A stretch of DNA of 63,610 bases, the filler included, from Octopus bimaculoides (Eukaryota), in assembly GCF_001194135.2 (NCBI RefSeq). It is 5 parts of 5 records of this genome, joined end to end, with 100 filler letters (N's around TTAATTAATTAA, not from the genome) between each part and the next. Parts side by side here need not be neighbours in the genome. Positions count along the whole stretch, not along the records: positions 27,146 to 43,156 come from NC_068991.1; positions 43,257 to 53,323 come from NC_069002.1; 3 more parts are not named here. One strand, written 5' to 3'. The notes beneath the pieces were generated by a model, which saw nothing but the letters and a program-made list of their open reading frames with translations, was not told the origin of the DNA and did no database searches. This document shows positions 38,492 through 48,599 of the stretch, piece by piece. The stretch's first letter is position 1, and the number at the start of each line of letters is the position of its first letter. The position numbers and the translations under genes are program-made.

Positions 38492-38722
38492 TACTCTTTT
38501 ACTCTTTTACTTGTTTCAGTCATTTGACTGCGGCCATGCTGGGGCACCGCCTTTTAGTTGAGCAAATCGACCCCAGGACTTATTCTTTGTATGCCTAGTA
38601 CTTATTCTATTGGTTTCTTTTTGCCGAACCGTTAAGTTACGGGACGTAAACACACCAACCTCGGTTGTCAAGTGAAGTTGGGGGGACAAACATGACACAC
38701 AAGCATACACACATACATATAT
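38492..38722 (-). mobile_element. SINE family A 3' half
   Basis: (ACTCTTTT)2 tail, GGCCATGCTGGGGCACCGCC, GCCGAACCGTTAAGTTACGGGGACG. Confidence 0.9.
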
Positions 38723-39599
38723 NNNNNNNNNNNNNNNNNNNNNNNNNNNNNNNNNNNNNNNNNNNNNNNNNNNNNNNNNNNNNNNNNNNNNNNNNNNNNN
38801 NNNNNNNNNNNNNNNNNNNNNNNNNNNNNNNNNNNNNNNNNNNNNNNNNNNNNNNNNNNNNNNNNNNNNNNNNNNNNNNNNNNNNNNNNNNNNNNNNNNN
38901 NNNNNNNNNNNNNNNNNNNNNNNNNNNNNNNNNNNNNNNNNNNNNNNNNNNNNNNNNNNNNNNNNNNNNNNNNNNNNNNNNNNNNNNNNNNNNNNNNNNN
39001 NNNNNNNNNNNNNNNNNNNNNNNNNNNNNNNNNNNNNNNNNNNNNNNNNNNNNNNNNNNNNNNNNNNNNNNNNNNNNNNNNNNNNNNNNNNNNNNNNNNN
39101 NNNNNNNNNNNNNNNNNNNNNNNNNNNNNNNNNNNNNNNNNNNNNNNNNNNNNNNNNNNNNNNNNNNNNNNNNNNNNNNNNNNNNNNNNNNNNNNNNNNN
39201 NNNNNNNNNNNNNNNNNNNNNNNNNNNNNNNNNNNNNNNNNNNNNNNNNNNNNNNNNNNNNNNNNNNNNNNNNNNNNNNNNNNNNNNNNNNNNNNNNNNN
39301 NNNNNNNNNNNNNNNNNNNNNNNNNNNNNNNNNNNNNNNNNNNNNNNNNNNNNNNNNNNNNNNNNNNNNNNNNNNNNNNNNNNNNNNNNNNNNNNNNNNN
39401 NNNNNNNNNNNNNNNNNNNNNNNNNNNNNNNNNNNNNNNNNNNNNNNNNNNNNNNNNNNNNNNNNNNNNNNNNNNNNNNNNNNNNNNNNNNNNNNNNNNN
39501 NNNNNNNNNNNNNNNNNNNNNNNNNNNNNNNNNNNNNNNNNNNNNNNNNNNNNNNNNNNNNNNNNNNNNNNNNNNNNNNNNNNNNNNNNNNNNNNNNNN

Positions 39600-39838
39600 T
39601 ATATATATACACGTGTGTGTGTGTGTGTGTTTGAGTGTATTTGTTCCCCCATCACCACTTGACAACCAGTGTTGGTATGTTTACGTCCCCGCATCCTAGC
39701 GGTTCGGCAAAAGATACCGATAGAATAAGTACCAGGCTGAAAAAGTAAGTTCTCGGGGAGTCAATTTGTTCGACTAAAAATCTTTTAAGGCGGTGCTCCA
39801 GCTTGGCCGCAATCAAACGATTGAAATGAATAAAAGAA
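39600..39838 (+). mobile_element. SINE family A 3' half, inverted relative to 38492-38722
   Basis: TTTACGTCCCCG..TAGCGGTTCGGCAAAAGATACCGATAGAATAAGTACC..GGCGGTGCTCCAGC. Confidence 0.85.
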
Positions 39839-40179
39839 CGCGCACCTACACCCCCTACAACCCCACACACACATACACACCTTTCCGTTTCCATATTTTT
39901 TTCAAATTCTTCATTTATAGGAAGTCCAGGTGTACAATAACAAATAAACAATGAGTGTTTTCCTGAATATTAAATCCCCACACCTCTGAGCAGCCACAAA
40001 CATTCCAGAACTTTCTAATACCTTGATGTTGTTGTTGTTGTTGCTACTGCTGCTGCTGCTGTTGTTTTCATCCATTCTTTGATTCCACCGACCAACTACG
40101 ATCAAAGGCTTTTAATATGATAACAATGCCGTTCATTGTTTTCGTGCATAATGTACCAAGGATTACAACTTTTTCATGT

Positions 40180-40390
40180 ACATAGGCGCGGGTATGCACG
40201 GCTGCGGTAGTTCTGTAGCAGGCTTTGTGGCCGCGCGGTTTCGGTTTCAGTTCCACTGCGCGGCACCTAGGACAAGTGTCATCTGTTACAGCTCCGCACA
40301 GAACAATGCCTTGTGAGTGAATTAGGGAGACGGAAACTATGTGGAAGCTCATCATATGTGTGTGTTTGTGTGTGTGTGTGTGTGTGTGAT
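40180..40390 (+). mobile_element. SINE family A 5' half, degenerate
   Basis: GGTTTCAGTTCCACTGCGCGGCACCTAGGACAAGTGTC..GCCTTGTGAGTGAATT..GACGGAAACT. Confidence 0.75.
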
Positions 40391-40442
40391 GCAAAATTGA
40401 TAAATGTTCTAATTTATTTGAATGGTTAAATATGTGAGATAC

Positions 40443-40484
<42 letters not shown>

Positions 40485-40520
40485 GTATAAGCCTCACTTG
40501 GATTTCTGATAGTCATCAAG

Positions 40521-40561
<41 letters not shown>

Positions 40562-40567
40562 ATAATT

Positions 40568-40733
40568 TAAAGATACGAGCTACTAATAGTTTCATGCTGT
40601 GAAGACACTATCTAGGCAGGTTTTATAACACGCCTCATGTCTCCAAGCATGTTCGGAGACACGAGACGTGTTATAAAAATCTGCCTAAACACGTGTCTTC
40701 ACAGCATGAAACTATTAGTATCTCAAATCTTTA
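40568..40733. repeat. 166-bp near-perfect palindrome (loopless foldback, MITE-like)
   Basis: Arms of about 82 bp centred on CATG (40648-40651), including a perfect 28-bp match TACTAATAGTTTCATGCTGTGAAGACAC. TA at both ends. Confidence 0.92.
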
Positions 40734-40864
40734 TACTGTGAACATTAAATGATATTTATCTCTCGCTAGATGGAGAAATTTCTTGTTGATTTTACCTAAA
40801 TAGAACAGCTATATATATGCAACATTAGCTGACTCATGACGATCAGTAAAATGCAAGAAAAAAT

Positions 40865-40901
<37 letters not shown>

Positions 40902-41681
40902 NNNNNNNNNNNNNNNNNNNNNNNNNNNNNNNNNNNNNNNNNNNNNNNNNNNNNNNNNNNNNNNNNNNNNNNNNNNNNNNNNNNNNNNNNNNNNNNNNNN
41001 NNNNNNNNNNNNNNNNNNNNNNNNNNNNNNNNNNNNNNNNNNNNNNNNNNNNNNNNNNNNNNNNNNNNNNNNNNNNNNNNNNNNNNNNNNNNNNNNNNNN
41101 NNNNNNNNNNNNNNNNNNNNNNNNNNNNNNNNNNNNNNNNNNNNNNNNNNNNNNNNNNNNNNNNNNNNNNNNNNNNNNNNNNNNNNNNNNNNNNNNNNNN
41201 NNNNNNNNNNNNNNNNNNNNNNNNNNNNNNNNNNNNNNNNNNNNNNNNNNNNNNNNNNNNNNNNNNNNNNNNNNNNNNNNNNNNNNNNNNNNNNNNNNNN
41301 NNNNNNNNNNNNNNNNNNNNNNNNNNNNNNNNNNNNNNNNNNNNNNNNNNNNNNNNNNNNNNNNNNNNNNNNNNNNNNNNNNNNNNNNNNNNNNNNNNNN
41401 NNNNNNNNNNNNNNNNNNNNNNNNNNNNNNNNNNNNNNNNNNNNNNNNNNNNNNNNNNNNNNNNNNNNNNNNNNNNNNNNNNNNNNNNNNNNNNNNNNNN
41501 NNNNNNNNNNNNNNNNNNNNNNNNNNNNNNNNNNNNNNNNNNNNNNNNNNNNNNNNNNNNNNNNNNNNNNNNNNNNNNNNNNNNNNNNNNNNNNNNNNNN
41601 NNNNNNNNNNNNNNNNNNNNNNNNNNNNNNNNNNNNNNNNNNNNNNNNNNNNNNNNNNNNNNNNNNNNNNNNNNNNNNNNN

Positions 41682-41719
<38 letters not shown>

Positions 41720-41734
41720 GATTGACCGTTGACT

Positions 41735-41910
41735 GAACACTATTCAATTTTTTTTCTCCGTGTTTTTCTCCTTGTCTCCGTATTCTTTCTGTTGAAGAGC
41801 GTAGCTCGAAACGTCAAAGACTTTCCGTATTCCCGAGCGTCATACTAATATATACTTTTGTTATTTACACCACCTGTCCTCGTCTGTTGTTATTATTTGT
41901 ATATTCTCCC
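41735..41910 (+). mobile_element. Penelope-like/retrozyme-like terminal repeat fragment carrying a hammerhead motif
   Basis: A short pyrimidine-rich unit between microsatellites contains the minimal hammerhead at 41784-41820. The class is inferred from that motif. Confidence 0.55.
41784..41820 (+). ncRNA. Minimal type I hammerhead ribozyme-like motif, variant core CUGUUGA
   Basis: Stem I UCUUU/AAAGA; core CUGUUGA plus A; stem II GAGC-GUA-GCUC; GAAAC; palindromic ACGU helix III; GUC cleavage triplet (C at 41815). Confidence 0.65.
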
Positions 41911-42420
41911 ATATATATACTTGAATATCTGTTTCTGTGGGTACATACATACATACATACATACATACATACATACATACATACATACATACACATATAT
42001 ACAAACAAACAAAAGATGTAAACGTGTAAGTAAAGATGCACCGGAAAGGAGCGTATTTAGGAAAAAGAAACATAATTGGGATAGTAAATAGATATAAACA
42101 TTAAAAGATATACTGAACAATTTATAGGGAAATTCAAAGACAGGACTTCTATAAAGCCGAAAAGAAGAACGAAACAGAAGGATAGGCCTTCCGGGGAAAT
42201 CTGTGAGAAAAATACTGGAAAAATGAAAGGCGGTGAAAATTGAACAAGTCATCTGTAGAAAGTATATCCGCATAAACAGGGCGGAACTTCTGGCCTTGGA
42301 TGATTGTTTACGATCACGTTCAAAAAGTTTCGGTGTAGGGGTACTAAAAGCGGAAATAGCTGAAACCTAACAAACTAAGAGTTGGCTATTGAATACACAT
42401 GTGTGTACATTCACATACAT

Positions 42421-42474
<54 letters not shown>

Positions 42475-42489
42475 TATATTGTATGTGTC

Positions 42490-42745
42490 GAGAGCGTTTA
42501 TGGTCAAGTGGTTTAGTGCGTTGTCCTCACACTCACGAGTTCGTGGTTTCGGTTGCTGGATCGGGGGTGGGGTGCGTTTTGCTCTCTAGCAAAACACTTC
42601 ATCTCGTTTCGCTCTGCGATCACGTGGACACCTGACGCGTGATTTGATGGAGGGAGCGAGCTAATAATCTACAGCATATACATTTGAACACTATAAACAA
42701 ATCGTTTGAGTAGGTCGTGCAGCATGACATTGCAGAATCATCTCT
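42490..42745 (+). mobile_element. tRNA-derived SINE (family D-related), degenerate
   Basis: TGGTCAAGTGGTTTAGTGCGTTG..CACGAGTTCGTGGTTTCGG..CTAGCAAAACACTTCATCTC. Confidence 0.55.
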
Positions 42746-42798
42746 CTCAGATTACGAGAGATTACCATCATTATATATATATATATATGTATGCGTAT

Positions 42799-42859
<61 letters not shown>

Positions 42860-42924
42860 TGTGTGTGTATTGGTCTCGTAATACAAAGAGGAAAATAGAA
42901 CTAAATACATGAGTTCTATAATTA

Positions 42925-43121
42925 AGAGATGAGGAACTATGTATATTATTTACATTATTTACATTTGACGGATATTTGTCCTCATCTTGTTTGTTGTTAA
43001 CACAACGTTTCGGCTGATATACCCTCCCACCTTCATCAGGTGTCTTGGGGAAATTTTGAACCTGGGTTCTCATTCCTAAAGTATTTTTCGATGTTATTAT
43101 TATTATTTATTATTCAGGTTA

Positions 43122-43125
<4 letters not shown>
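42925..43125 (-). mobile_element. Penelope-like element 3' end with hammerhead motif
   Basis: Minus strand TCAGTAACCTGAATAA..GAATGAGAACCCAGGTTC..GACACCTGATGAAGG..CAGCCGAAACGTTGTGTT..(AATGTAAAT)n-like end. Confidence 0.65.
42999..43044 (-). ncRNA. Minimal type I hammerhead ribozyme motif, canonical core
   Basis: Stem I GACAC/GUGUU; CUGAUGA plus A; stem II GGUGG/CAGCC (partly mismatched); GAAAC; palindromic ACGU; GUU triplet. Confidence 0.72.
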
Positions 43126-43156
<31 letters not shown>

Positions 43157-43320
43157 NNNNNNNNNNNNNNNNNNNNNNNNNNNNNNNNNNNNNNNNNNNN
43201 TTAATTAATTAANNNNNNNNNNNNNNNNNNNNNNNNNNNNNNNNNNNNNNNNNNNNATTTTTTAATTTATTATTATAGTGTTGTGAAGTGCGCAAGTATT
43301 GAACTTGAGACATTAGGTAT

Positions 43321-43527
43321 ATATATTTTTTCAAATTAAAGATGAGGAATCAGATGGATTCGACAATTCAAAAGCCTTACAATATAAACCGGGCCAAAAG
43401 GGATATCATTATATATTTAATGACTTTGATACATAATGATACTCCTTTTGGCTCGGTTTATATTGCAATGATTTTGAATTGTCGAATCCATCTGATTCCT
43501 CATCTTTAATTTGAAGAAAAAAAATAT
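43321..43527. repeat. Foldback element, about 90-bp arms with a 22-nt loop
   Basis: A perfect 44-bp inverted match, TTCAAATTAAAGATGAGGAATCAGATGGATTCGACAATTCAAAA, continues imperfectly through ATATAAACCG(G/A)GCCAAAAGG..TATCATTA. Confidence 0.92.
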
Positions 43528-43530
43528 GTG

Positions 43531-43584
<54 letters not shown>

Positions 43585-43639
43585 TGTGTGTCTGACGTAC
43601 AGATGTCTCTTTATGGTGACCTCATTTGTCATTCCATTC

Positions 43640-43915
43640 ACTGAAAGTCCTTTGGCGATGGATGAATGTTGACACGTGCAGACCGAACTAGTTGGAAGGG
43701 CACAGTAAGTTCAGCTATGCTTCATTACCATGCAGATCTGGAACGGGACTGAGTAGTCATCTGAGAGGTCATGGACGGAATGTCAAATGCCTTTGACAAC
43801 GACGAAGTACAAGATGTTAATTATCTATCTATCTGTCTGTCTGTCTGTTAACCGGTACATCTGTCCAGGCGGAGCTCAGAGAACCAAGGTACTTGAATAT
43901 GTGACGGATCCTTCC
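43640..43915 (-). mobile_element. RTE-clade LINE RT C-terminal remnant
   Basis: Minus strand HIFKYLGSLSS (FKYLGS motif), then LHGNEA* (LYGSEAW-like). Interrupted by a TCTA/TCTG repeat. Confidence 0.55.
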
Positions 43916-43921
43916 TCAGAA

Positions 43922-43958
<37 letters not shown>

Positions 43959-44188
43959 GGCAGAGGTGGCGAACACGTACATCGCGTCCGTCATCTACTA
44001 CCGCCTGACCGTCGTGCCTTGTCCCGACCCTACCATCACCAAATTGGAACGAATTCTCTTCCGCTTCTGGTGGAAAGGAAACGTTCCGATGGTCAGGCGA
44101 TCCGTTTGCTGCCAACACCCTTTAAAAGGATGGCTGGGCATGCCGCGGTTGATGATGCGCTGACACGCGCTTAGACTGTGACATCTCC
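43959..44188 (+). mobile_element. Younger L1/Tx1-clade LINE ORF2 fragment (post-RT region)
   Basis: AEVANTYIASVIYYRLTVVPCPDPTITKLERILFRFWWKGNVPMVRRSVCCQHPLKGWLGMPRL matches the Tx1 F.W.G..V...C.P...GGLG motif. It starts directly after (TCTA)n. Confidence 0.8.
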
Positions 44189-45345
44189 TCGCACCGGTGG
44201 CAATTCTCTTTGTTTGTTTGTTTGTTTGTTTGTTTGGAGAAATCAGCAGTGATAAGATCTGGTGATGGATGAACTCCGCCAGATCTTTAAGTCCCACCAT
44301 ATATCACGAAGGTGCCCCCCTACTACATCGTTTAGCAGTTAAGGGCCGATAACATGGCAAAGCACCCAGACACTATATCCTTAAATATATTAATATTTAA
44401 GATAGTAAAGTGTGATTCGAGGTGAATTTGTTTGCTATTTCTAGCTTGTCGTGCGACTACATCAAGACTCACTCAATGGCTTTGAGTTCAGCAAACAAGT
44501 CTCTTGTAGTTTTACTGTTCACAATAAGTAAAACATTAGTTTTTAAGTATTCCGGTGTCATAATCCTCCGTTCAAGAAGCGATTAATTGACCTGTCACAT
44601 CACAGCTTACACAATGTTACGTAACAGGAGTTCAACAAATATAGAGTCAATAGATATATCGTTAGTATCGGCTATAAAAATAATATTTCCCGTTACGAAT
44701 TCTTTGAAGTTTGTTTATCGATTTTTCAGCCTTAATTCCTATCCAAATAATTAATGTAAAAGAAGAAGCCATGCTTTGTGCCAGGGATAAAACCTTTGAA
44801 GGAGAGATTTATTACAAATGAATATAAGATTTCTTCTGCGATGTTTCGATATTATGATGCATTAGACCAAGTCCTCAGCTAATTTCGTGTATTATTGAAC
44901 TGGAAGAAAGACGGCAATACATTGGTAAATCTTTAGTTAGACATGTTAATACTTTAGCTAAGCCAATTTCGAGTTCTTTTTGAATGAAACGCTATTTGAT
45001 CCATCGAAACACGAAATAAAAGTTGAAACATTGAGGTTTGCTTCTACAGATTTACAGATTGAAATCGATATAGTTGAGTAGGTTGGCGGATAATGTGATG
45101 GTAGTATTATCAGAAGAAAACTTCAAGTATTTCTATGAATTCCGTTTCTATCGTTTCATGTTCTCTTTTGATGCAATATTTATAACAGTTAAATGACTGA
45201 CTGCCATAATAGCGAATATTGTCCTCTCTCTCTCTCAGACAGTCGCTGTCATCACGATATTCTTGATGGAAGTTAGCAATCGCTATATGTAAAACATGGA
45301 ATGTGAAAAGACGGGTTAAAGAAAGGAGAAGAAAAGCAACATTAA

Positions 45346-45541
45346 CCCTTTTGTTACCATATTTCTGTTGAAGTACACTGCTTTTGTTGCAATTAATTAT
45401 GAAAATAATGAGAAATATTATAAAATACCTTTGTCATCAATAAGCTGGTTTATGAAACATAAATTAACATGAAATCACTTTAAAACAGGAAGTTTGTAAC
45501 ATAGAACTAGGATCAACCTCGGGAGACTGGTGTCAAAAGAG
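45346..45541. mobile_element. piggyBac-type MITE copy 1
   Basis: TTAA|CCCTTTTGTTACC ... GGTGTCAAAAGAG|TTAA: CCC-type TIR with TTAA target duplication (45342-45345, 45542-45545). Confidence 0.8.
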
Positions 45542-45709
45542 TTAATCCTTTTGTTACCATATTTCCGTTGAAATATTTTGCCTCTGATTCAATTAATTTA
45601 GAAAATTGTGCAGAATTTAGTAAAATAACTTTTTCATTATTAAGCTGGTGTTTGGAATATAGATTTAACATATTTGGAAGATAAAATTAGCTGAAATTTT
45701 GATAAAAGG

Positions 45710-45864
45710 TATTGTGCCATACAAGCACTCCAATAACGCGATGCAGCGGTTGGTTGTCTATTCGACTGCCGTCCCACCCAGCCACCGAGCTGACCGCCTT
45801 TTATCCGTGACAGCGTATTTAAGAATGTGAAACTAAGTACATTTAGTTTTGTATCATTACAAGA
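45710..45864 (-). repeat. 3' LTR
   Basis: Direct repeat of 48299-48455 (about 90% identical), adjacent to the PPT. Confidence 0.9.
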
Positions 45865-46224
45865 TCCCCCTTTACTTTAAGCAATTCACAGACTAATAAA
45901 ACTGACAAATGAAAATAGGGTTTCTTCTCCCTCAAAGAAAGAAAGAAAAACTGTTTTGTTGCAAGGGCAATACGCAACATGCACTTCAAATCCCATGAAC
46001 AGTTTTTATGGTACAAATCTTTTGTAGCGCTCCGGTGTTTTCACTGTTCTGCCTGATCTTGTGTTTCAGCGTTGCTATCAGGAGGAGCATTTGTGATTTC
46101 TTTCTTGAGTCAAGTTCAGTAACATGTTCCAGGAAGTTTGTAGGGTCTGTAACCTGTTTCTTGGAGTCTGTAGGGTCTGTTGGACGGTTGTCTGTCTCTA
46201 TATTGTTGGGCGATCCGGCAGGCG

Positions 46225-47812
46225 TTTCTGTCATATGCAGTTTTTATTTGTATTTTCTTTTCTTCAAGAAATTTTCTCTGTCTTTGAGTTTCATGAGAGT
46301 AGCTCCAGCGTAATGGCACAAGTGTTGTGATTGGTCTGTCCAATAGGATCTCAGAGGGTGACAGCATCTTTGAGTTTAATGGTGTGGCTCTTAGATTCAA
46401 CAATGCATTGTTTGTCTTTGCTTTGTTTACATTTTTGGATTGTCTTTTTGATTGTCTGTACTTGTCTCCCTATAAATCCATTTGATTGTGGGTACCTTGG
46501 TGATGATGTAGTGTGTTGAATTCCCCATTTCTGTGTGAATTGTTGAAATGGTTTTCCAGTATGTTGAGGACCATTGTCGCTGAAAATTTCGTCAGGTCTG
46601 CCGAAGAAAGACAGTCTTTTTGAATTCCTCTGTGACTGCTTTGCTTGTGGTTTGGCTGAGGTGAGTCACAATCGAAAATTCGGAGAAGTAGTCACAAACG
46701 AGCAGATAAGTTTTGCCGTTGATTTCAAATAGACCTGTTCCTAGCTTTTTCCATGGCGCATTGGGAATGTCATGCGGTATCAGTGGTTCTTTGCTGTTGG
46801 CAGTCGCAAATTCTTGGCATATTTGACAGGATCTCCACATTTCTTCGATGTCTTTGTTGATGTTTGTCCAATAGACGCCTTCACGAGCGTGATCTTTGGT
46901 CTTTTCTATCCCTTGATGAGAAGCATGGAGCTGTACTAGAATGTCCTATTGTAGAGGAGGAGGTATCAACACATGCGTCCCTTTGAAGATGATTCCATCT
47001 CCTACAGACAATCCGTCTCGAAAAGGCCAATATGTCTTTATATCATCTGGGACTTTTTTGATGTTGTCTGGCCACCTATACGTGATTGTTTCCATCAGTG
47101 TAGCCAAAGCAGAATCTCTGCTGGTGAACTCACGCAGTTGGTAACGTTTGTTGATAGAAAAATTGACAAAGTCAAATTCAGAATGGTCGATATCTCCTGT
47201 AGTTAATTCGATCCCATCCACTCTCAAATTCAGGTCAATGTTTTCATTGTCTTCACGGTTTGGGAGGCGAGAGAGAGTGTTGGTCAATGTCATGCTATGC
47301 CATGGGAAGTATTTGATTTTGAAATCATATCCCTGAATTTTCTGGAGCATCCTTTGTAGTCGGGGTGGTGCTCGAAGAAGGGGTTTTTCTGCGGTCACCT
47401 CCAGGGGTATGTGGTCTGTGATGACTTCAAATCAATGTCCGTAAAGGTATTTGTGGAAACAGGTGATTCCGAATACCACAGCCTGCATTTCACGATCGAT
47501 ATTTGGGTAGTTTGATTGAGTTCTGTCAAGGACTTTCGATGCAAATGCTACAGGCTTGCCATCTTGTACGATAGCTGTTCCGAGTCCCATCAAGGAACTG
47601 TCTACCTCGAGTCCTGTTGGTTCCTTTGGGTCAAAGGACCTGAGGTTTGATTTCTCTGAAATGGTTGATTTAAGTTTTCCAAAGCAGTGTATGTGGTCTT
47701 CAGACATCTCAAATGGTATATTTTCTTGAGGAGGCCCCTTAATGGTTGTGCTTCTATGATGAAGTTTGGAATGAATGTTGCAAAGTAATTCATCATTCCC
47801 AAGAACTTTTGC
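46225..47812 (-). pseudogene. Gypsy pol remnant: RT end/connection, RNase H, H2C2 zinc finger, integrase core
   Basis: QKFLGMMNYFATFIP; LEVDSSLMGLGTAIVQDGKPVAFASKVL..NYPNIDREMQAVVFG; LHASHQGIEKT..WRSCQICQ; PWKKLGTGLFE..LLVCDYFS; SDNGPQH; SSPRYPQSNG; LNLRATP. Multiple frameshifts. Confidence 0.92.
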
Positions 47813-48006
47813 GTCTGATAAGCTAGATGCATTCAGACGTTTGTGTCCTTCATTTCCAATGCCTCTTAATATTTTAAGGCTATTTTCCTTGGCTCTGTAA
47901 TTTCCTCATCTTCACAATAGTACATGATGTTTTGTTTGAATATTTGCAGGGCTTCGGCTGCATTGTCTTTGTGCCACTGCATTTCAGGAATGCGAAATGT
48001 CGCCAT
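47813..48006 (-). pseudogene. Gypsy gag N-terminal remnant
   Basis: MATFRIPEMQWHKDNAAEALQIFKQNIMYYCEDEEITEPRKIALK, frameshift, then IGNEGHKRLNAS, fused directly to the end of RT. Confidence 0.7.
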
Positions 48007-48298
48007 ACTATTGTTGTTTTTCTTGTGCAATACAACACCATATGATTTGGCTATTTTCTGTAGCACACACGCACTATGTAGCCAATATGATAACAGCAAT
48101 CTTGTATATAAATTTGTAGCAATGCCTCCAGCTAAACATGTGTATTCCGTATATATCCGTTTTCTTCTTGTTCTTTTGTTTTGTGTCACGTCAATACTGG
48201 TACATTGGTAGCGTTGAGCAATGTCTAATGATGATAATGTGCTGGTAATTCGGTTAGTTTCGATTCAATATATTTATCTTGTTTCACCACTGTCACCA

Positions 48299-48455
48299 TA
48301 TTGTGCCAAACAGGCACTCCAATAATGCGATGCAGAATGGTTGGTTGTCTTTTCAACTGCCGTCCCACCCAGCCACCGAACAGACCGCCTTTTATCCGCG
48401 ACAGTGTATTTAACAATGTGAAATTTAATACATTTAGTTTCGTATCATTACAACA
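48299..48455 (-). repeat. 5' LTR
   Basis: On the minus strand it begins TGTTGTAATG, ends GGCACAATA and is followed immediately by the PBS. Confidence 0.9.
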
Positions 48456-48599
48456 GAAGGTTTTAATCTAGATCACTTTAAAAGAGAAAGTTTCTAACAT
48501 AGAACCAGAGGCAGTCTTAAGCGAATTTATGTCAAAATGGGGGTTAAGGCAGCTAAAACCGTGAATTAGTAGTGTTGTTAATGTGTTGAATATAATATT

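Larger units (their letters stand above)
45710..48455 (-). mobile_element. Ty3/gypsy LTR retrotransposon, internally deleted (2746 bp)
   Basis: Two LTRs of 155-157 bp, PBS TGGTGACAGTGG (48287-48298), PPT AAAGTAAAGGGGGA (45865-45878), 5-bp TSD AAAGG/GAAGG, gag start plus RNase H and integrase remnants in gypsy order. Confidence 0.93.
45546..48543. mobile_element. piggyBac-type MITE copy 2, split by an LTR retrotransposon (45546-45709 and 48456-48543)
   Basis: It starts (T)CCTTTTGTTACC on the shared TTAA and aligns with copy 1. It resumes after the LTR element with GATCACTTTAAAAGAGAAAGTTTCTAACATAGAAC..GTCAAAATGGGGG|TTAA. Confidence 0.75.

Noticed and set aside
44800-45150. Possible hAT transposase echoes (also about 60600-60760, YLC..S..I...RN)
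   Set aside because: Too degenerate to support without an alignment.
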